This document shows positions 20,687-31,448 of a DNA stretch of 64,000 bases, piece by piece. Made by a program: the position numbers and the translations under genes. Every line of letters starts with the position of its first letter. The stretch's first letter is position 1. A model generated the notes under the pieces. The model saw only the letters and a list, made by a program, of their open reading frames with translations, was not told the DNA's origin and did no database searches. This DNA is from an uncultured cyanobacterium (lineage in GTDB: Bacteria > Cyanobacteriota > Cyanobacteriia > Cyanobacteriales > Microcystaceae), in NCBI GenBank assembly GCA_963807635.1, contig CAWEDJ010000069.1, positions 38,348 to 102,347 on the forward strand. The letters are read 5' to 3'.

Positions 20687-22260
20687 TTATTTTTGGGAAC
20701 CATCAGACAAAATTCGACCAATAGTACGATTTTCTGGCGTAAAAGTTTCTTTAGCTACCCGTTGAATATCCGCAGGAGTCACCGCCGCGATCGCCTCCAA
20801 TTGATTGAATAAATTGCGCCAATCCCCTGTTTTAACCTGATATTCTGCTAATAAACGAGCCATCCCTGAATTAGAGTCTAACGCACGGAGTAAACCCGCT
20901 TGCAGTTGATTTTTTGCTCGTTCTAACTCTTCCTGACTAACAGGCTCAGTTTTCAGGCGGTCAATTTCCTGACGTAACGCTTCTTCCGCTTGCTCCACCG
21001 TTGCTTTCGGGGCAGTTTGGGCATAAAAGAGCATTAAATTAGGATATTTATCGCCAGGAAAACCATTTTCTCCCTCTGCGACCAAGGCAACCTGTTTTTT
21101 TTCTACTAACGATTTATAAAGACGGGCGGTGCGACCATCGCTCATAATCGTTGAAATGACTTCATAAACCGCATTATCAGGACTATTCAACGCAGGACGG
21201 TGATATCCTTCCAAATACCAAGGTTGGGAATTCAATTTGAGCGTTACTTCCTTGGTTTGCGTTTGTTTCGGTTCGACTTTAGCTAATTTCGGTGGCGCAG
21301 ATTTTTTCGGGAATCGTCCAAAATATTCATGGGCTAATTGTTTCACTTCTTTAGGATCAACGTTCCCCACGATCGCGATCGTTAAATTACTGGGCCATAG
21401 TACTGCTGGAAAAAATCTTCTATATCTTTGCGTGTCAGATTACGAATATCCTGGTCATAACCAATCGTCGGACGCTTGTAGGGGTGGACATTGTAGGCTT
21501 TATCCAGAAAAGCTTCCACCATCAGCCCAATGGGACTATTATCCGTCCTCATCCGCCGTTCTTCGAGGATCACCTGTTGTTCCTTATGAAATTCTCGAAA
21601 AACAGGTTCCAAGAATCGCTCTGACTCTAAGGACATCCAGAGTTCTAGTTTATTGGAAGGGAAACTATAGAAATAAACGGTAGAATCGGTAGAAGTTGCC
21701 GCATTAATCCCAACCCCGCCTGATTGCTCAACAATTTGACCAAATTCATTCCGTTTAACGTATTGTCCTGCTTCGGCTTGGAGTTGCTCGAATTCTTTGG
21801 CCAGGGCTTTAGTAGCGGCTTGATCTTTCTGTTTTTCAGCTTGATGAAGTTTGTTCGCAACTATATCTAATTTATCTAAAAGTATTTCTTCCTTTTGATA
21901 ATTGGTCGTTCCAATCCTGGGGGTTCCCTTAAAGGCTAAGTGTTCTAAAAAATGAGCAACGCCCGTTTTACCATCGGGTTCATTCGCGCCGCCCACGTCT
22001 GCATAGGTAAAAAAGGAAACAACGGGAGCATCATGATTTTCCATGACAATAAATTTCATGCCGTTGTCTAACTTAAATTCGGTGACTCGACCGATCGCCC
22101 GATTGAGATAGGGTTTAATTGAGGTATTCGTCGTGGTGGGAACTGGAGGAGAGTCTGCCTGGACGATGAGAGGAAAACCTGTCCAAATTAGAGTAATGAG
22201 AATGAAAAGTACTGCAAATCGGGGATAATTCCGAGAAAGTTTCGGGAGGAGATTCAACAT
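20687..22260 (-). CDS. M16 family zinc peptidase; frameshift near 21390
   Basis: GVAHFLEHLAFKG (HxxEH) and VILEERR; the C-terminal M16 domain is in the adjacent frame. Confidence 0.88.
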
Positions 22261-22349
22261 AGAGTCGTTAAAATTGCCAAGATCTAGGTTCTATCATAAC
22301 CGTTACCGCAAAACATTTAATGATCCGCACAATTCGGCGATCGCGATCT

Positions 22350-23330
22350 TTATTTTGTTTGAAAAATATTTTGCACCATTTTTTTATTGCTCTTAGCGGC
22401 TAGTTGGTCTAATTCCGTTATTTCACTAGAACTTAATTGCCAAGCGATCGCGCCTAAATTTTGTTTTGCCTGTTCCACACTTTTGGCTCCTGGAATGGGG
22501 ATCGTTGCTTTGGCAATACACCAGTTGAGGGCAACTTGGGCGATCGTTTTATCTCTCAATTGGGCTATTTCTTGTAAGGTATGTAAAAGTGGTTGAATTT
22601 CAGGAATGATCTGTCGAAAAAGCCAGCCACGAACACCGTTAGGAAACGGGCCAGATTTTGTATATTTTCCAGTTAATAATCCCAGAGCTAAGGGACTATA
22701 GGCAATGAGTCTAATTCCTACTTGATCACAAATTTCTTTGAGTCCTAATTCAGTGACAGGATAGGTAGAAAGGAGAGAATATTGGACTTGTAAACTGGTG
22801 ATGGGAATGCCTCTTTCCGCCAATTTTTTCTGGACTTTTTCTAATCGTTTGGGGCCGTAATTAGAAAGTCCTACGCCTTTGACTAAACCCTGTTCATAGA
22901 GATCCGCTAGCCCGTCCAATAAAGCCCATTCTTGCCAGGGTGCGTAATTTGCCGTTGACCAGTGCATTTGTACCAAATCAATATTTCTACCTAACCGTTG
23001 GGCTGAAGCTTGAGCCGCAGTAACAAAAGATTGACGGGTTAATCGCCAAGGATAGGGAGCCAATTTAGTGGCAATACAGATTTTTTCACTGTTAGGAACT
23101 TGACATTCTTGAGCAAATTTTCCTAACAAACTTTCACTGCGTCCATTTAATTTCCCTGTGCCGTAGGAATCTCCTGTATCAAAGAGAGTTACGCCATTTT
23201 CCACACAGAGATTAAAGACGGCTTGTAATGCTGTGTCCATGCTCTCGTTGTAGTCCCAAAGGAATCGGTTTCCCCAGGCCCAGGTTCCACAGCCCATGAC
23301 GGGAAGCAATAATTTTTGATCGGTTGACAT
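22350..23330 (-). CDS. Aldo/keto reductase
   Basis: GCGTWAWG, FDTGDSYG, GVGLSN, YSPLALG and PIPGAK. Confidence 0.92.
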   Translation of the reverse strand: MSTDQKLLLPVMGCGTWAWGNRFLWDYNESMDTALQAVFNLCVENGVTLFDTGDSYGTGKLNGRSESLLGKFAQECQVPNSEKICIATKLAPYPWRLTRQSFVTAAQASAQRLGRNIDLVQMHWSTANYAPWQEWALLDGLADLYEQGLVKGVGLSNYGPKRLEKVQKKLAERGIPITSLQVQYSLLSTYPVTELGLKEICDQVGIRLIAYSPLALGLLTGKYTKSGPFPNGVRGWLFRQIIPEIQPLLHTLQEIAQLRDKTIAQVALNWCIAKATIPIPGAKSVEQAKQNLGAIAWQLSSSEITELDQLAAKSNKKMVQNIFQTK

Positions 23331-23397
23331 TGGGAAATTATTTAGGGCTTTAGGAATTTGCAGAAGCTATTAAACATGGCTAAATTCTAACATTCCC

Positions 23398-23426
23398 GCG
23401 ATCGGAAAACGGCACTGCGCGATCGC
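23398..23426 (+). repeat. HIP1-flanked 21-nt short dispersed repeat (SDR5-like), copy 2
   Basis: GCGATCGG-AAAACGGCACTGC-GCGATCGC. Confidence 0.65.
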
Positions 23427-23510
23427 ACTTTTTCTAGCTTTTTTGGAAAGGGGTCGTCTGCAAAAAGATAGACTAAAATGAGTGTACCAGCCTGATTAAC
23501 AAAATGAGTT

Positions 23511-23795
23511 ATGCCGACACCGACGATTATCGAAACTGATTTGCGCGAAGTTCTAGCAGAAATGAACAAGAAGCTAGATACAATTTCTAAAGATGTCAAT
23601 CAAGTGCAGATTCGATTGGCTACTGTGGAGACTAAAGTTGATAATATAGAAAAACGATTCGACAAAATGGAACAACAAATTGAAAAGGTCGAAGGTAATC
23701 AAAGTAAACAGGTTTGGGCTTTGATTGGGATTTTGTTTACGGCTGTCGTGGCAACGTGTATTCGTTTTGTTTTAACAGCTTTACCTCCGACTTAA
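23511..23795 (+). CDS. Small coiled-coil protein with a C-terminal TM helix (XhlA-like)
   Basis: Heptad-rich central part and QVWALIGILFTAVVA. Confidence 0.7.
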   Translation: MPTPTIIETDLREVLAEMNKKLDTISKDVNQVQIRLATVETKVDNIEKRFDKMEQQIEKVEGNQSKQVWALIGILFTAVVATCIRFVLTALPPT

Positions 23796-23828
23796 AAGGG
23801 AAACCTGATGCTCCATTTCTGGGTTTAA

Positions 23829-24028
23829 CTATTCTTCTTTCTTGTTCTTTATTCGATTAAAGGCGGCCAGAAAACCTGTTGCTGTGATAGAACCCAGGAT
23901 AGTAAGCGGTTCGGGGACAGCAGTTGCTGTTGCATATGTGATATTAGGCAAGGTTTGACCGACTAAAGTGACTCCAGGTGGTGATCCTCCTGGAAAACTA
24001 ATGTAACCATTATTTGAGTAATAATTAA
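23829..24028 (-). pseudogene. 3' fragment of the IS-interrupted PEP-CTERM gene
   Basis: Reads ...TYATATAVPEPLTILGSITATGFLAAFNRIKNKKEE* and joins in frame with 27934-28297. Confidence 0.88.
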
Positions 24029-24044
24029 CAATACCTTTGCCAAA

Positions 24045-24399
24045 TTACGAGAGTTCAATTGTTGTAGAAACATTGTGAATACGACCAAGAGAAGTAAGCT
24101 TGGCAAAAATCTGGGCTAATAAAATAGGCTCTGGCTGTTCGGGAAGCATTTTTAACATTGCATGAGCATAGTTCAAACCACGGTAGTAAGCTTTAAGATC
24201 AACAATGCCAGAGCCAGGATTATCTTCACGGAACTGAGCTAGAAGAAGATGGGATAAATTGACCATGAAAAAAGAAAGGTTAGCCGCATTAGTAACAGAG
24301 GTTTGACCGAGGTTCATAAAATCTTCCAATCCCCAAAACTGCTTGGCATCACGAAAATTAAATTCGATTTGGAAGCGTAGTTTATAGTAGTCGATAATT
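24045..24399 (-). pseudogene. IS4-family transposase, 3' part
   Basis: YKLRFQIEFNFRDAK fits the IS4 Y(2)R(3)E(6)K motif. Confidence 0.85.
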
Positions 24400-24406
24400 G
24401 AGAGTT

Positions 24407-24969
24407 TCAAGCAAGTAATGCTAACTTCCAGTTGCGTAACAAATGAATACTACCATTGACTCTAAATCTGGCGAATAAAGCCATAGTCCGGTCAACCATT
24501 TCTACTGAGCGAGACACAACTTTCGTTTTTCGATGAAAACGGGCAAACCAATGGCGATTATCCGAATTATTCCTTTCTATCCCCACTGTTTCGCTCTTCG
24601 TAATTACATGAAACGCATCGGGATGCTCGTCTAGCAATTCTCTATAGGGCTTCCAATCATCTGTGCAGTAGACGGTTACTTTCCATGACAACAACCGTTT
24701 CAGCATTTTTGCTAAGGTTTGACTATCACGACCTCCTAACTCCCAGTCGATAAGTCTCCCACTATTACGGTCATAAGCTTTCCACACCCACAATTTATTC
24801 TTTTTTTTTCTATGAAATGCCAGAGTTCGTCTAACTCAACAACTACGGCTATCCCAGGTTCTGGCTTTTCCTTGTTCAGCTTAGCGAAATCTCTAATCCA
24901 ATTTAAGATGGCTTGAGCGGAAACATTGAGATGATTAGCGATGGCGTTCATCGACATCCCTCCTAAATA
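24407..24969 (-). pseudogene. IS1 transposase, HTH and DDE (InsB-like) part, with an A9 slippery site near 24801-24809
   Basis: GMSMNAIA...ILNWI and VELDELWHF, then after the frame change WVWKAYD, YCTDDW and IERNNSDNRH. Confidence 0.82.
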
Positions 24970-26620
24970 GAGCTTGCTGAAAAAAGCTGAAAGCCTTATA
25001 AGAAAAGAGATGAGGGGATTTAGAGAGCAAAAAAAGTGCAAAAAAAAGGTCTAAAATGAGTGAAAAGGCTTGCACCCCTCCCCTTCCAGAGCATTGAACG
25101 ATGTACCCCAAAAAAGAATCCGAAAAATCGACTGTTGAAAACTTCAAAATACCAAGTGAGTGGAAGCCAAAAGAAGAAAATCGTTGGGTAATCATGTCAA
25201 AAATAATTCCGTGGGAGGAATTTGAAGAAGAATATGCAAAACAATTTTCAGAAAATAAAGGAGCGACAGCCAAACCATTTAGGATGGCATTAGGGTCATT
25301 AATAATAAAAGAAATATTGAGAATAAGTGACCGAGAAACAGTAGAACAAATAAAAGAAAACCCTTACTTACAATATTTTATAGGACTAGAAGTATATGAA
25401 AATGAGGAGGCATTTGATGCGTCACTGTTAGTACATTTCTGTCAAAGAATAGGAATGGACTTGGTGAATCAAATAAATAAAGCAATGGTAAAAAAAGAAG
25501 AAGAAATATTATCAGAAGTAAAAGAAAAAAGTGAAGGGGAAAATCAGAATAGAGGAAAGCTATTAATAGATGCAACCTGTGCACCAGCAGACATCAAATA
25601 TCCAACAGGTATAGGAATCTTGAATGAGGCAAGAGAAAAAACCGAAAAAATAATAGACAACTTGTATAAAAAAACTAAAAAAAAAGGAAAAAAACCAAGA
25701 ACCTATAGAATAAGAGCCAGAAAAGATTACTTAAAATTGTCAAAAAAACGCCGTCCGTCGAGAAAAGAAAGGAGAAAGGGCATAAAAAAACAAATCCAAT
25801 ATATCAAAAGAAACCTTTCCCATATAGAAAAATTAAGAGAAGATAAAGAGGTCGCAAAATTAAGTAAAAAAGACGAAAAGATACTGTCGATAATACAAAA
25901 AGCCTATGAGCAACAAGTAGGAATGTATGAAAATAAAGAAAATAAGGTAGAAAATAGAATTGTGAGTTTGACTCAACCTCATGTTCGTCCCATTGTTAGA
26001 GGAAAAGCGGGAACGCCAGTAGAGTTTGGTGCAAAACTATCAGCAAGTTATGTGAATGGATATCTTTATTTATACCGATTAAGTTGGGATAATTATAATG
26101 AATCAGGCGACTTCAAAGGACAAATAGAAGAGTTTAAACGTGAGACAGGCTACTATCCCCAGTCTGTTCATGCTGATGCAATCTATCGCACAAGGGAAAA
26201 TCGCGCTTTTTGTAAGGAGAAGGGAATTCGATTGAGTGGCCCACCCTTGGGAAGACGACCCACAAATATTAGTCCAGAAAAAAAGAAAGAAGCTCTTCAA
26301 GATGAAAGAGACCGTAATGCTATTGAAGGCAAATTTGGTCAAGCAAAGAGACGATTTAGCCTCAATCGAGTTATGACAAAACTTCCTGATACCTCTGAAA
26401 CCGCTATTGCTATCACCTTTTTAGTCATCAATCTTTTTGCCCTGCTTCGGCAGGTTTTACGTTTTTTTTTGTCTTTTTCGGAAGAAGAGCTTATTTTTCT
26501 GCCCTCTTATTAGCCCAGCTTATGCTTTGTGTTGACAATTCATTTAACCCTTATGTTTTACTCGCCTTAAATTCATAAATTAATCCCCTCTTCCTGTTTT
26601 TTGACTTTTTCAGCAAGCCC
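24970..26620 (+). mobile_element. IS5-family element inserted in IS1; ends ambiguous by a few bp
   Basis: IR core GCTTGCTGAAAAA at both ends; CCTAAATAGAG at 24962-24972 and 26619-26629 overlaps the IR/target boundary. Confidence 0.88.
25101..26513 (+). CDS. IS5-family transposase, apparently intact
   Basis: ENPYLQYFIG, LIDAT, HVRPIVRGKAG..VEFGAK and RNAIEGKFGQAKR. Confidence 0.9.
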   Translation: MYPKKESEKSTVENFKIPSEWKPKEENRWVIMSKIIPWEEFEEEYAKQFSENKGATAKPFRMALGSLIIKEILRISDRETVEQIKENPYLQYFIGLEVYENEEAFDASLLVHFCQRIGMDLVNQINKAMVKKEEEILSEVKEKSEGENQNRGKLLIDATCAPADIKYPTGIGILNEAREKTEKIIDNLYKKTKKKGKKPRTYRIRARKDYLKLSKKRRPSRKERRKGIKKQIQYIKRNLSHIEKLREDKEVAKLSKKDEKILSIIQKAYEQQVGMYENKENKVENRIVSLTQPHVRPIVRGKAGTPVEFGAKLSASYVNGYLYLYRLSWDNYNESGDFKGQIEEFKRETGYYPQSVHADAIYRTRENRAFCKEKGIRLSGPPLGRRPTNISPEKKKEALQDERDRNAIEGKFGQAKRRFSLNRVMTKLPDTSETAIAITFLVINLFALLRQVLRFFLSFSEEELIFLPSY

Positions 26621-26788
26621 TAAATAGAGTAAGACGGCATCAAGTTTCATCCAAAGGGGCTTACCTCGTTCTGTCGTTGGCTGAGTAAATTGGTAATTAC
26701 ACGATTTACACTTATATCGCTGCTTTCCCTTGACAAAGCCACTTTTGATGATGTGCTGATGTTCGCATTTTGGACATTGGTTCATCAT
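26621..26788 (-). pseudogene. IS1 transposase, 5' zinc-ribbon (InsA-like) part
   Basis: CPKC...KQRYKCKSC; LLYLG joins GMSMN across the IS5. Confidence 0.85.
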
Positions 26789-26843
26789 TCTGTTCCTTGA
26801 ACTTTACTCTTTTACAGACTAGCATTATCTACTTGATACTCTC

Positions 26844-27837
26844 CGATAATTTTGTCATAGGATAAAGTTAAGTCACTGGAAAAGAGAATTACGTGACTGC
26901 GTGCATTAGTTTTGAGATTGGTTTTCACCAAAATCACTACATTCAGGGACTGGGCAAATTCTTTGTGCAGTAAGGTAGCTTGATAAGTATCGGTTTGGAT
27001 ATCTTCCTCAATAATACTTTGACGCAAATATTCATCAGAAATATTCCGCCAGTTCAGCTTATCCCCGTATTTACGACGAGAGGGATGATTCGGGTCAGAA
27101 TGTTGGTAAGGTATATACAGTGCTGAATCATGACGTAACTTGGAAATGATGTGGAAGTTAACCTGCTTCGCCATCTGTAAAGCATTGTTGTTTCCAAAAT
27201 GACCGTCTAAGACCAAGTAAGTGAGGGGAATAAAGTTTGCTATTAACTTGACTAACTCATTAATCATTTTCTTAATTCGTAATAATTCAGGTGTAAGAAC
27301 TACCTCTTTTTTATTTTTGTTCTTACTTCCTTTTGGTCGTCCTCGTTCCCGTTTTTCTTGAGGTTTTACTTCTGGAATTGGCGAGATACTACTTTTTTCT
27401 ACATCCCTCTTGATTACCTGTTCTATCTGAATCGGAAATGAGTGTCTTTGTTCAACACTTACTAACGATAATGTAAAGAAAGATAGTCCCGATATTGGTT
27501 TACTGAATAGACTTGAAAAGAACCTATCTAATCCATAAGTTTTTTTGCCCGCTTTCGTTATCACTACCTCGTCTCCTGCCAGCAAATAAACATCGTTTGG
27601 AGAGAACAAATGCCGACGAAAAAATATCCAAAATACTGTTGCCCAGGGGATGACTGTATGAAAAAATCTCATCACTGTCCGATAACTACCACCAGTTCCT
27701 GCCCAACGGGAGATTCCCAACATTGTCACTCGTCCGCTCATGCCTAACATTGCCATGATAATACGCCTCAACTGACGCATCGTTGTCACTTTTATTTCTG
27801 GTACTAGGCATTGCAAGAGTGTTAGTATGTCCAACAT
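26844..27837 (-). pseudogene. IS4-family transposase, 5' part
   Basis: LAGDEV and VLDGHFG DDE motifs; YDKII continues as DYYKLR at 24391 after removing IS1. Confidence 0.85.
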
Positions 27838-27933
27838 GGGCTGTCTGTGGTTTTCGAGGTGTTGTTTTTGAAGACTATCACTCTACTACATTCAGTCCTC
27901 TCTCTTCATCCGCTTTTTTTGGCTAAGGTATTG

Positions 27934-28297
27934 AATTAAAGCTAACTATATAGGCATCGACCACAAAATAGTCAGTTGGTGGTGTGTTGTTATAGCTGTT
28001 ATATGCAAAGTAAGGCCCTATCACTGACTGCCCATCATATGGCGAAGGTTGATAACCCAAATCCCCTTTAACCACCCCAGCCAAGCCTTCAGCAAGATTA
28101 GGGTTTCCCCACAATGCGTTGTTTGATGAGGTTAGCGTTGACTTTAAATCGGTAAACGATCCAGTGTGCGTAGTTACATCGTAGGTGACATTATCGTAAA
28201 CAAAATTAAAAGCACCAGCAGGTGAAGCAATACCGATCGCTGAAGCCAAGGTAGCACCCGCGACGGACAAAGCGAAAACGGACTTTGACTTTTTCAT
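27934..28297 (-). pseudogene. 5' fragment of the PEP-CTERM surface protein gene
   Basis: Signal peptide ending ASPAGA followed by a Tyr/Thr/Asn-rich domain; cut at the IS4 target duplication. Confidence 0.85.
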
Positions 28298-28639
28298 GGT
28301 TAGTTTTCCTCAAAAGATAATTAAAATTATAACTGCCATCAGCGAAGCGAAACAATAAAACTTTTGCCATTGCATTGGACATAAATCACAGAATTTGGAA
28401 GGTTAACAATTACAACACTGATAGACAGGTTGCAACCGATTATTTTTTAGTGAAAAGGCGAAATGCTCACCCTCTGAGAACCTTCTTTTGTAGTAAGACT
28501 TTCAAAATAACCTTCCAAGAACTGTTACCTGTAGTATCTTTCTTTTTCTTTAAGCCGTAAATATAGAAAGTTCATCTCTTTTAAGAGAAGCAAGTAAGTT
28601 CAATTTTCTCTGTTTTGTTTATTAAACAATTTACTGTAA

Positions 28640-30164
28640 CTAGATTAAGCAACGAATGGCTTCCAGTAATCCCCTGGCTTTATTGATGGTTTCTTCGTAT
28701 TCTTTTTCAGGATCGGAGTCAGCCACTAAACCTGCCCCTGCTTGCACAGTCACTAAATGTTGATTATTGCCCTGGGGTCGCACTACCATTGTCCGAATGG
28801 CGATCGCGGTATTTAACTGACCTTCAAAATCATAGTAACCATAAACGCCTGAATAGGGGCCACGCCGTTCGGGTTCGAGTTCGTTGATAATTTCCATTGC
28901 CCGAATTTTGGGTGCGCCACTGACGGTTCCCGCAGGAAAACAGGCTTTGAGCAAATCCCAGGCGGTTTTATCAGGATCTAATTCGCCGATCACGTTACTA
29001 ACAATGTGCATCACGTGGGAATAGCGTTCAATCACCATCAATTCATCGACTTTTACCGATCCTTTGACACAGACACGACCTAAATCATTGCGCCCCAAAT
29101 CCACCAACATAATGTGTTCAGCAATTTCCTTGGGATCTTGCAATAAATCTTCGGCGAGGGCATTATCTTCGGTTAAAGTTGCACCGCGTTTTCGGGTTCC
29201 TGCGATCGGTCGGACGGTGGCTTGAATGCGACCATTTTCTAATCGTTCAGCTTTGACCATGACTTCAGGACTAGAGCCAATAATCTGCCAATTACCCAGG
29301 TTAAAATAAGCCATGTAGGGAGAGGGATTAATCAATCGCAAAGAACGATAAAGATTAAATGGTGCATCGCAATAATGGGTCGTCAGGCGTTGAGACAGAA
29401 CGACTTGAAAAATATCTCCTGCTTTGATGTATTCTTTGGCTTTTTTAACATTTTCACAAAACTTTTCCCGACCAATATTACTGCTGTAGTTCAAATCCTG
29501 ATTTTCGACAGGACGGGGATGTAATTCTAGGGAGGTGGCTTCCCTGGGTAGAGGTAATTGCAGTTTTAAAACTAATTTGGTGACGCGATCGCAAGCTTCT
29601 TGATAGGCGGCTTCTAAGATCAACCTTATCGCCCCGTAAATCCGCATAGGCGATCGCCCAAATCTTGCGCTTAACCTGATCAAAAATAATGAGATTATCT
29701 ACCTGCATCCAAACGCCATCGGGCAAATCCTTTTCTGTGGTGGGATAAACAGGAACACGGGGTTCCATCCATTGAATTAATTCATATCCCCAAAAACCAA
29801 ACAATCCCCCAATCCCAGGGGGTAACTGCGGTAATTTAACGGGATGGATAGGGGCCAGACAAGCGGATAAAACTTCGAGAGGATTGCCCTCAAATACTTG
29901 CGTTTTACCAGTGCGATAGGTCTGGGTGGTTTGATTTCCCCTAGCTTCTAATACCCAAACGGGATCACTGCCCAAAAAACTGTAACGACCCAGTTTTTCT
30001 CCCCCTTCTACCGACTCTAATAGAAAACTGTAGGCTTGACCCGTACAAACTTTATACCAAGCTGAAACGGGCGTTTCTAAATCGGCGACCCATTCTTGAT
30101 AAACAGGGATAAAATTGCCCTGATTGGCTAAAGCCTTGAACTCGGAAAATTCTGGAAAAATCAT
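28640..30164 (-). CDS. trpE: Anthranilate synthase component I; frameshift near 29620
   Basis: FLLESVEGGEKLGRYS, GDIFQVVLSQR, NPSPY, AEHIMLVDLGRND and FPAGTVSGAPK. Confidence 0.92.
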
Positions 30165-30289
30165 AATGGGTGATAATTCGGGATCAATGCCCCAGAATTC
30201 AGTGAAGTGGCTATTTTGTCCATAGTTAATCATAATTCACTACCAACTATTAACAATTCACGCTTCACCGAATCTGGGTTCACTGAAAA

Positions 30290-30715
30290 TTAGGCACTAT
30301 AGGGAGTTTTACCCGAAAATTTCAGAGTAACGGGTTCAGGATTTTTACCGATACTTCTGGCATTTGAACCAACGGCGACCCGACCAGCATTTACTTTTTC
30401 TGGGAAGACACCGTCTGCGGGGTGGAGGTATTGAACTTCACCACTGGGGAAAACGCGATAGATTTTGTAATCTTCGATTTTTGGTTTGAATTTTGTCCGT
30501 AACTGAGTTCCCAAGGCGAGACACTGTTCTTTACGGGCAAGATAGAGGAGGTTTTCACCTGCATTCATGATGGCTGCGCCACCTGTGGGCATTTCAAACA
30601 CTTGTTCGGTGCTGCTTGTCCAGGTGATAGCATATTTTTCTTCGCGGTCAGCTTTGGAGAGTAAACCGCCGGTACTGCCGCCAAATTTGGGGGGTTGTCC
30701 AGAAAGCTCAGTCAT
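30290..30715 (-). CDS. psaD: Photosystem I subunit II
   Basis: [27 protein letters not shown] and [12 protein letters not shown]. Confidence 0.97.
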   Translation of the reverse strand: MTELSGQPPKFGGSTGGLLSKADREEKYAITWTSSTEQVFEMPTGGAAIMNAGENLLYLARKEQCLALGTQLRTKFKPKIEDYKIYRVFPSGEVQYLHPADGVFPEKVNAGRVAVGSNARSIGKNPEPVTLKFSGKTPYSA

Positions 30716-30783
30716 ATAATGATAAGTTGATTACAAAGGTATTTTAGGGAATCCTATCACTGAGAAAGCCTCTCTCTTATCAT

Positions 30784-30801
30784 TTTGTCAAGAACTGTAA
30801 C
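30784..30801 (-). promoter_or_regulatory. HLR1-like (RpaB) motif upstream of psaD
   Basis: Minus strand GTTACAGT-TC-TTGACAAA, two mismatches to consensus, about 70 bp upstream of the start. Confidence 0.55.
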
Positions 30802-31010
30802 AAAACGAGATGTGAGCGTTTTCCTGGGTGAATTCTGATTGCTTTTTTTTGATGCTTTGAACAAATTTTAACTTTTGCTGGTATGATGACAGGGTTTAGC
30901 GATCGCCTAAATTAAGATTAAGCCCAAATTAAGATTAATTAGTCTCAAATTGCTTTAATTATCTAGATCAGCTTGACTTTAAGGAATGGGAGATTCTTGT
31001 GAGCTATTGC

Positions 31011-31114
31011 ATAAGCTGTTAATCATCTAAATTGCATAAAGGCAAGGGGCTTAAGCCCCTTGTTACAGAGCTTTCAGAAAAATCGCTACGCAATCTAAAT
31101 GGACAACAGCTTAT
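31011..31114. mobile_element. MITE-like element, copy 1
   Basis: Terminal IR ATAAGCTGTT/AACAGCTTAT with an internal perfect 20-bp palindrome CAAGGGGCTTAAGCCCCTTG at 31043-31062. Confidence 0.7.
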
Positions 31115-31448
31115 CGGGATCGCCTCCAAAAGTCTAGAGACTGAAATAATGATTTTTGCAAGAAATTTTTTAAAGAAAGTTATGAAACATAGAAATTTAG
31201 AAGTCAGTCAACGGAGGGAATTAGGGTATAACTAAGGGGTTCCCCCCTATGATTAATTGTTAATTTTAAATTTGTAGATACATAGACAAAGAATAAACTA
31301 GACAATCCTGAAAAATAAGGTTGGAAGGCGATGACTGTCAGTATGGTTTCCGTTCCGACCATCGACACTTAAATTTCAATACAATATTCAAGAATCACTG
31401 ATTGATTTTTTTACTATCTTTACTATCAAAGTTATTGAAAGTCCACCT

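Larger units (their letters stand above)
24400..26843 (-). mobile_element. IS1-family element (about 787 bp without the nested IS5) inserted in the IS4 transposase
   Basis: Imperfect IRs GAGAGTTTCAAGCAAGTAATGCTA and GAGAGTATCAAGTAGATAATGCTA; CGATAATT duplicated at 24392-24399 and 26844-26851. Confidence 0.88.
24029..27933 (-). mobile_element. IS4-family insertion sequence (outer element, about 1453 bp without the nested IS)
   Basis: Terminal IRs CAATACCTTTGCCAAA and CAATACCTTAGCCAAA; AATTAA duplicated at 24023-24028 and 27934-27939. Confidence 0.88.

Noticed and set aside
24736..25273. ORFs 24736-25041 and 24935-25273 as independent genes
   Set aside because: The first is a chimera across the IS1/IS5 junction; the second is antisense to the IS5 left end.
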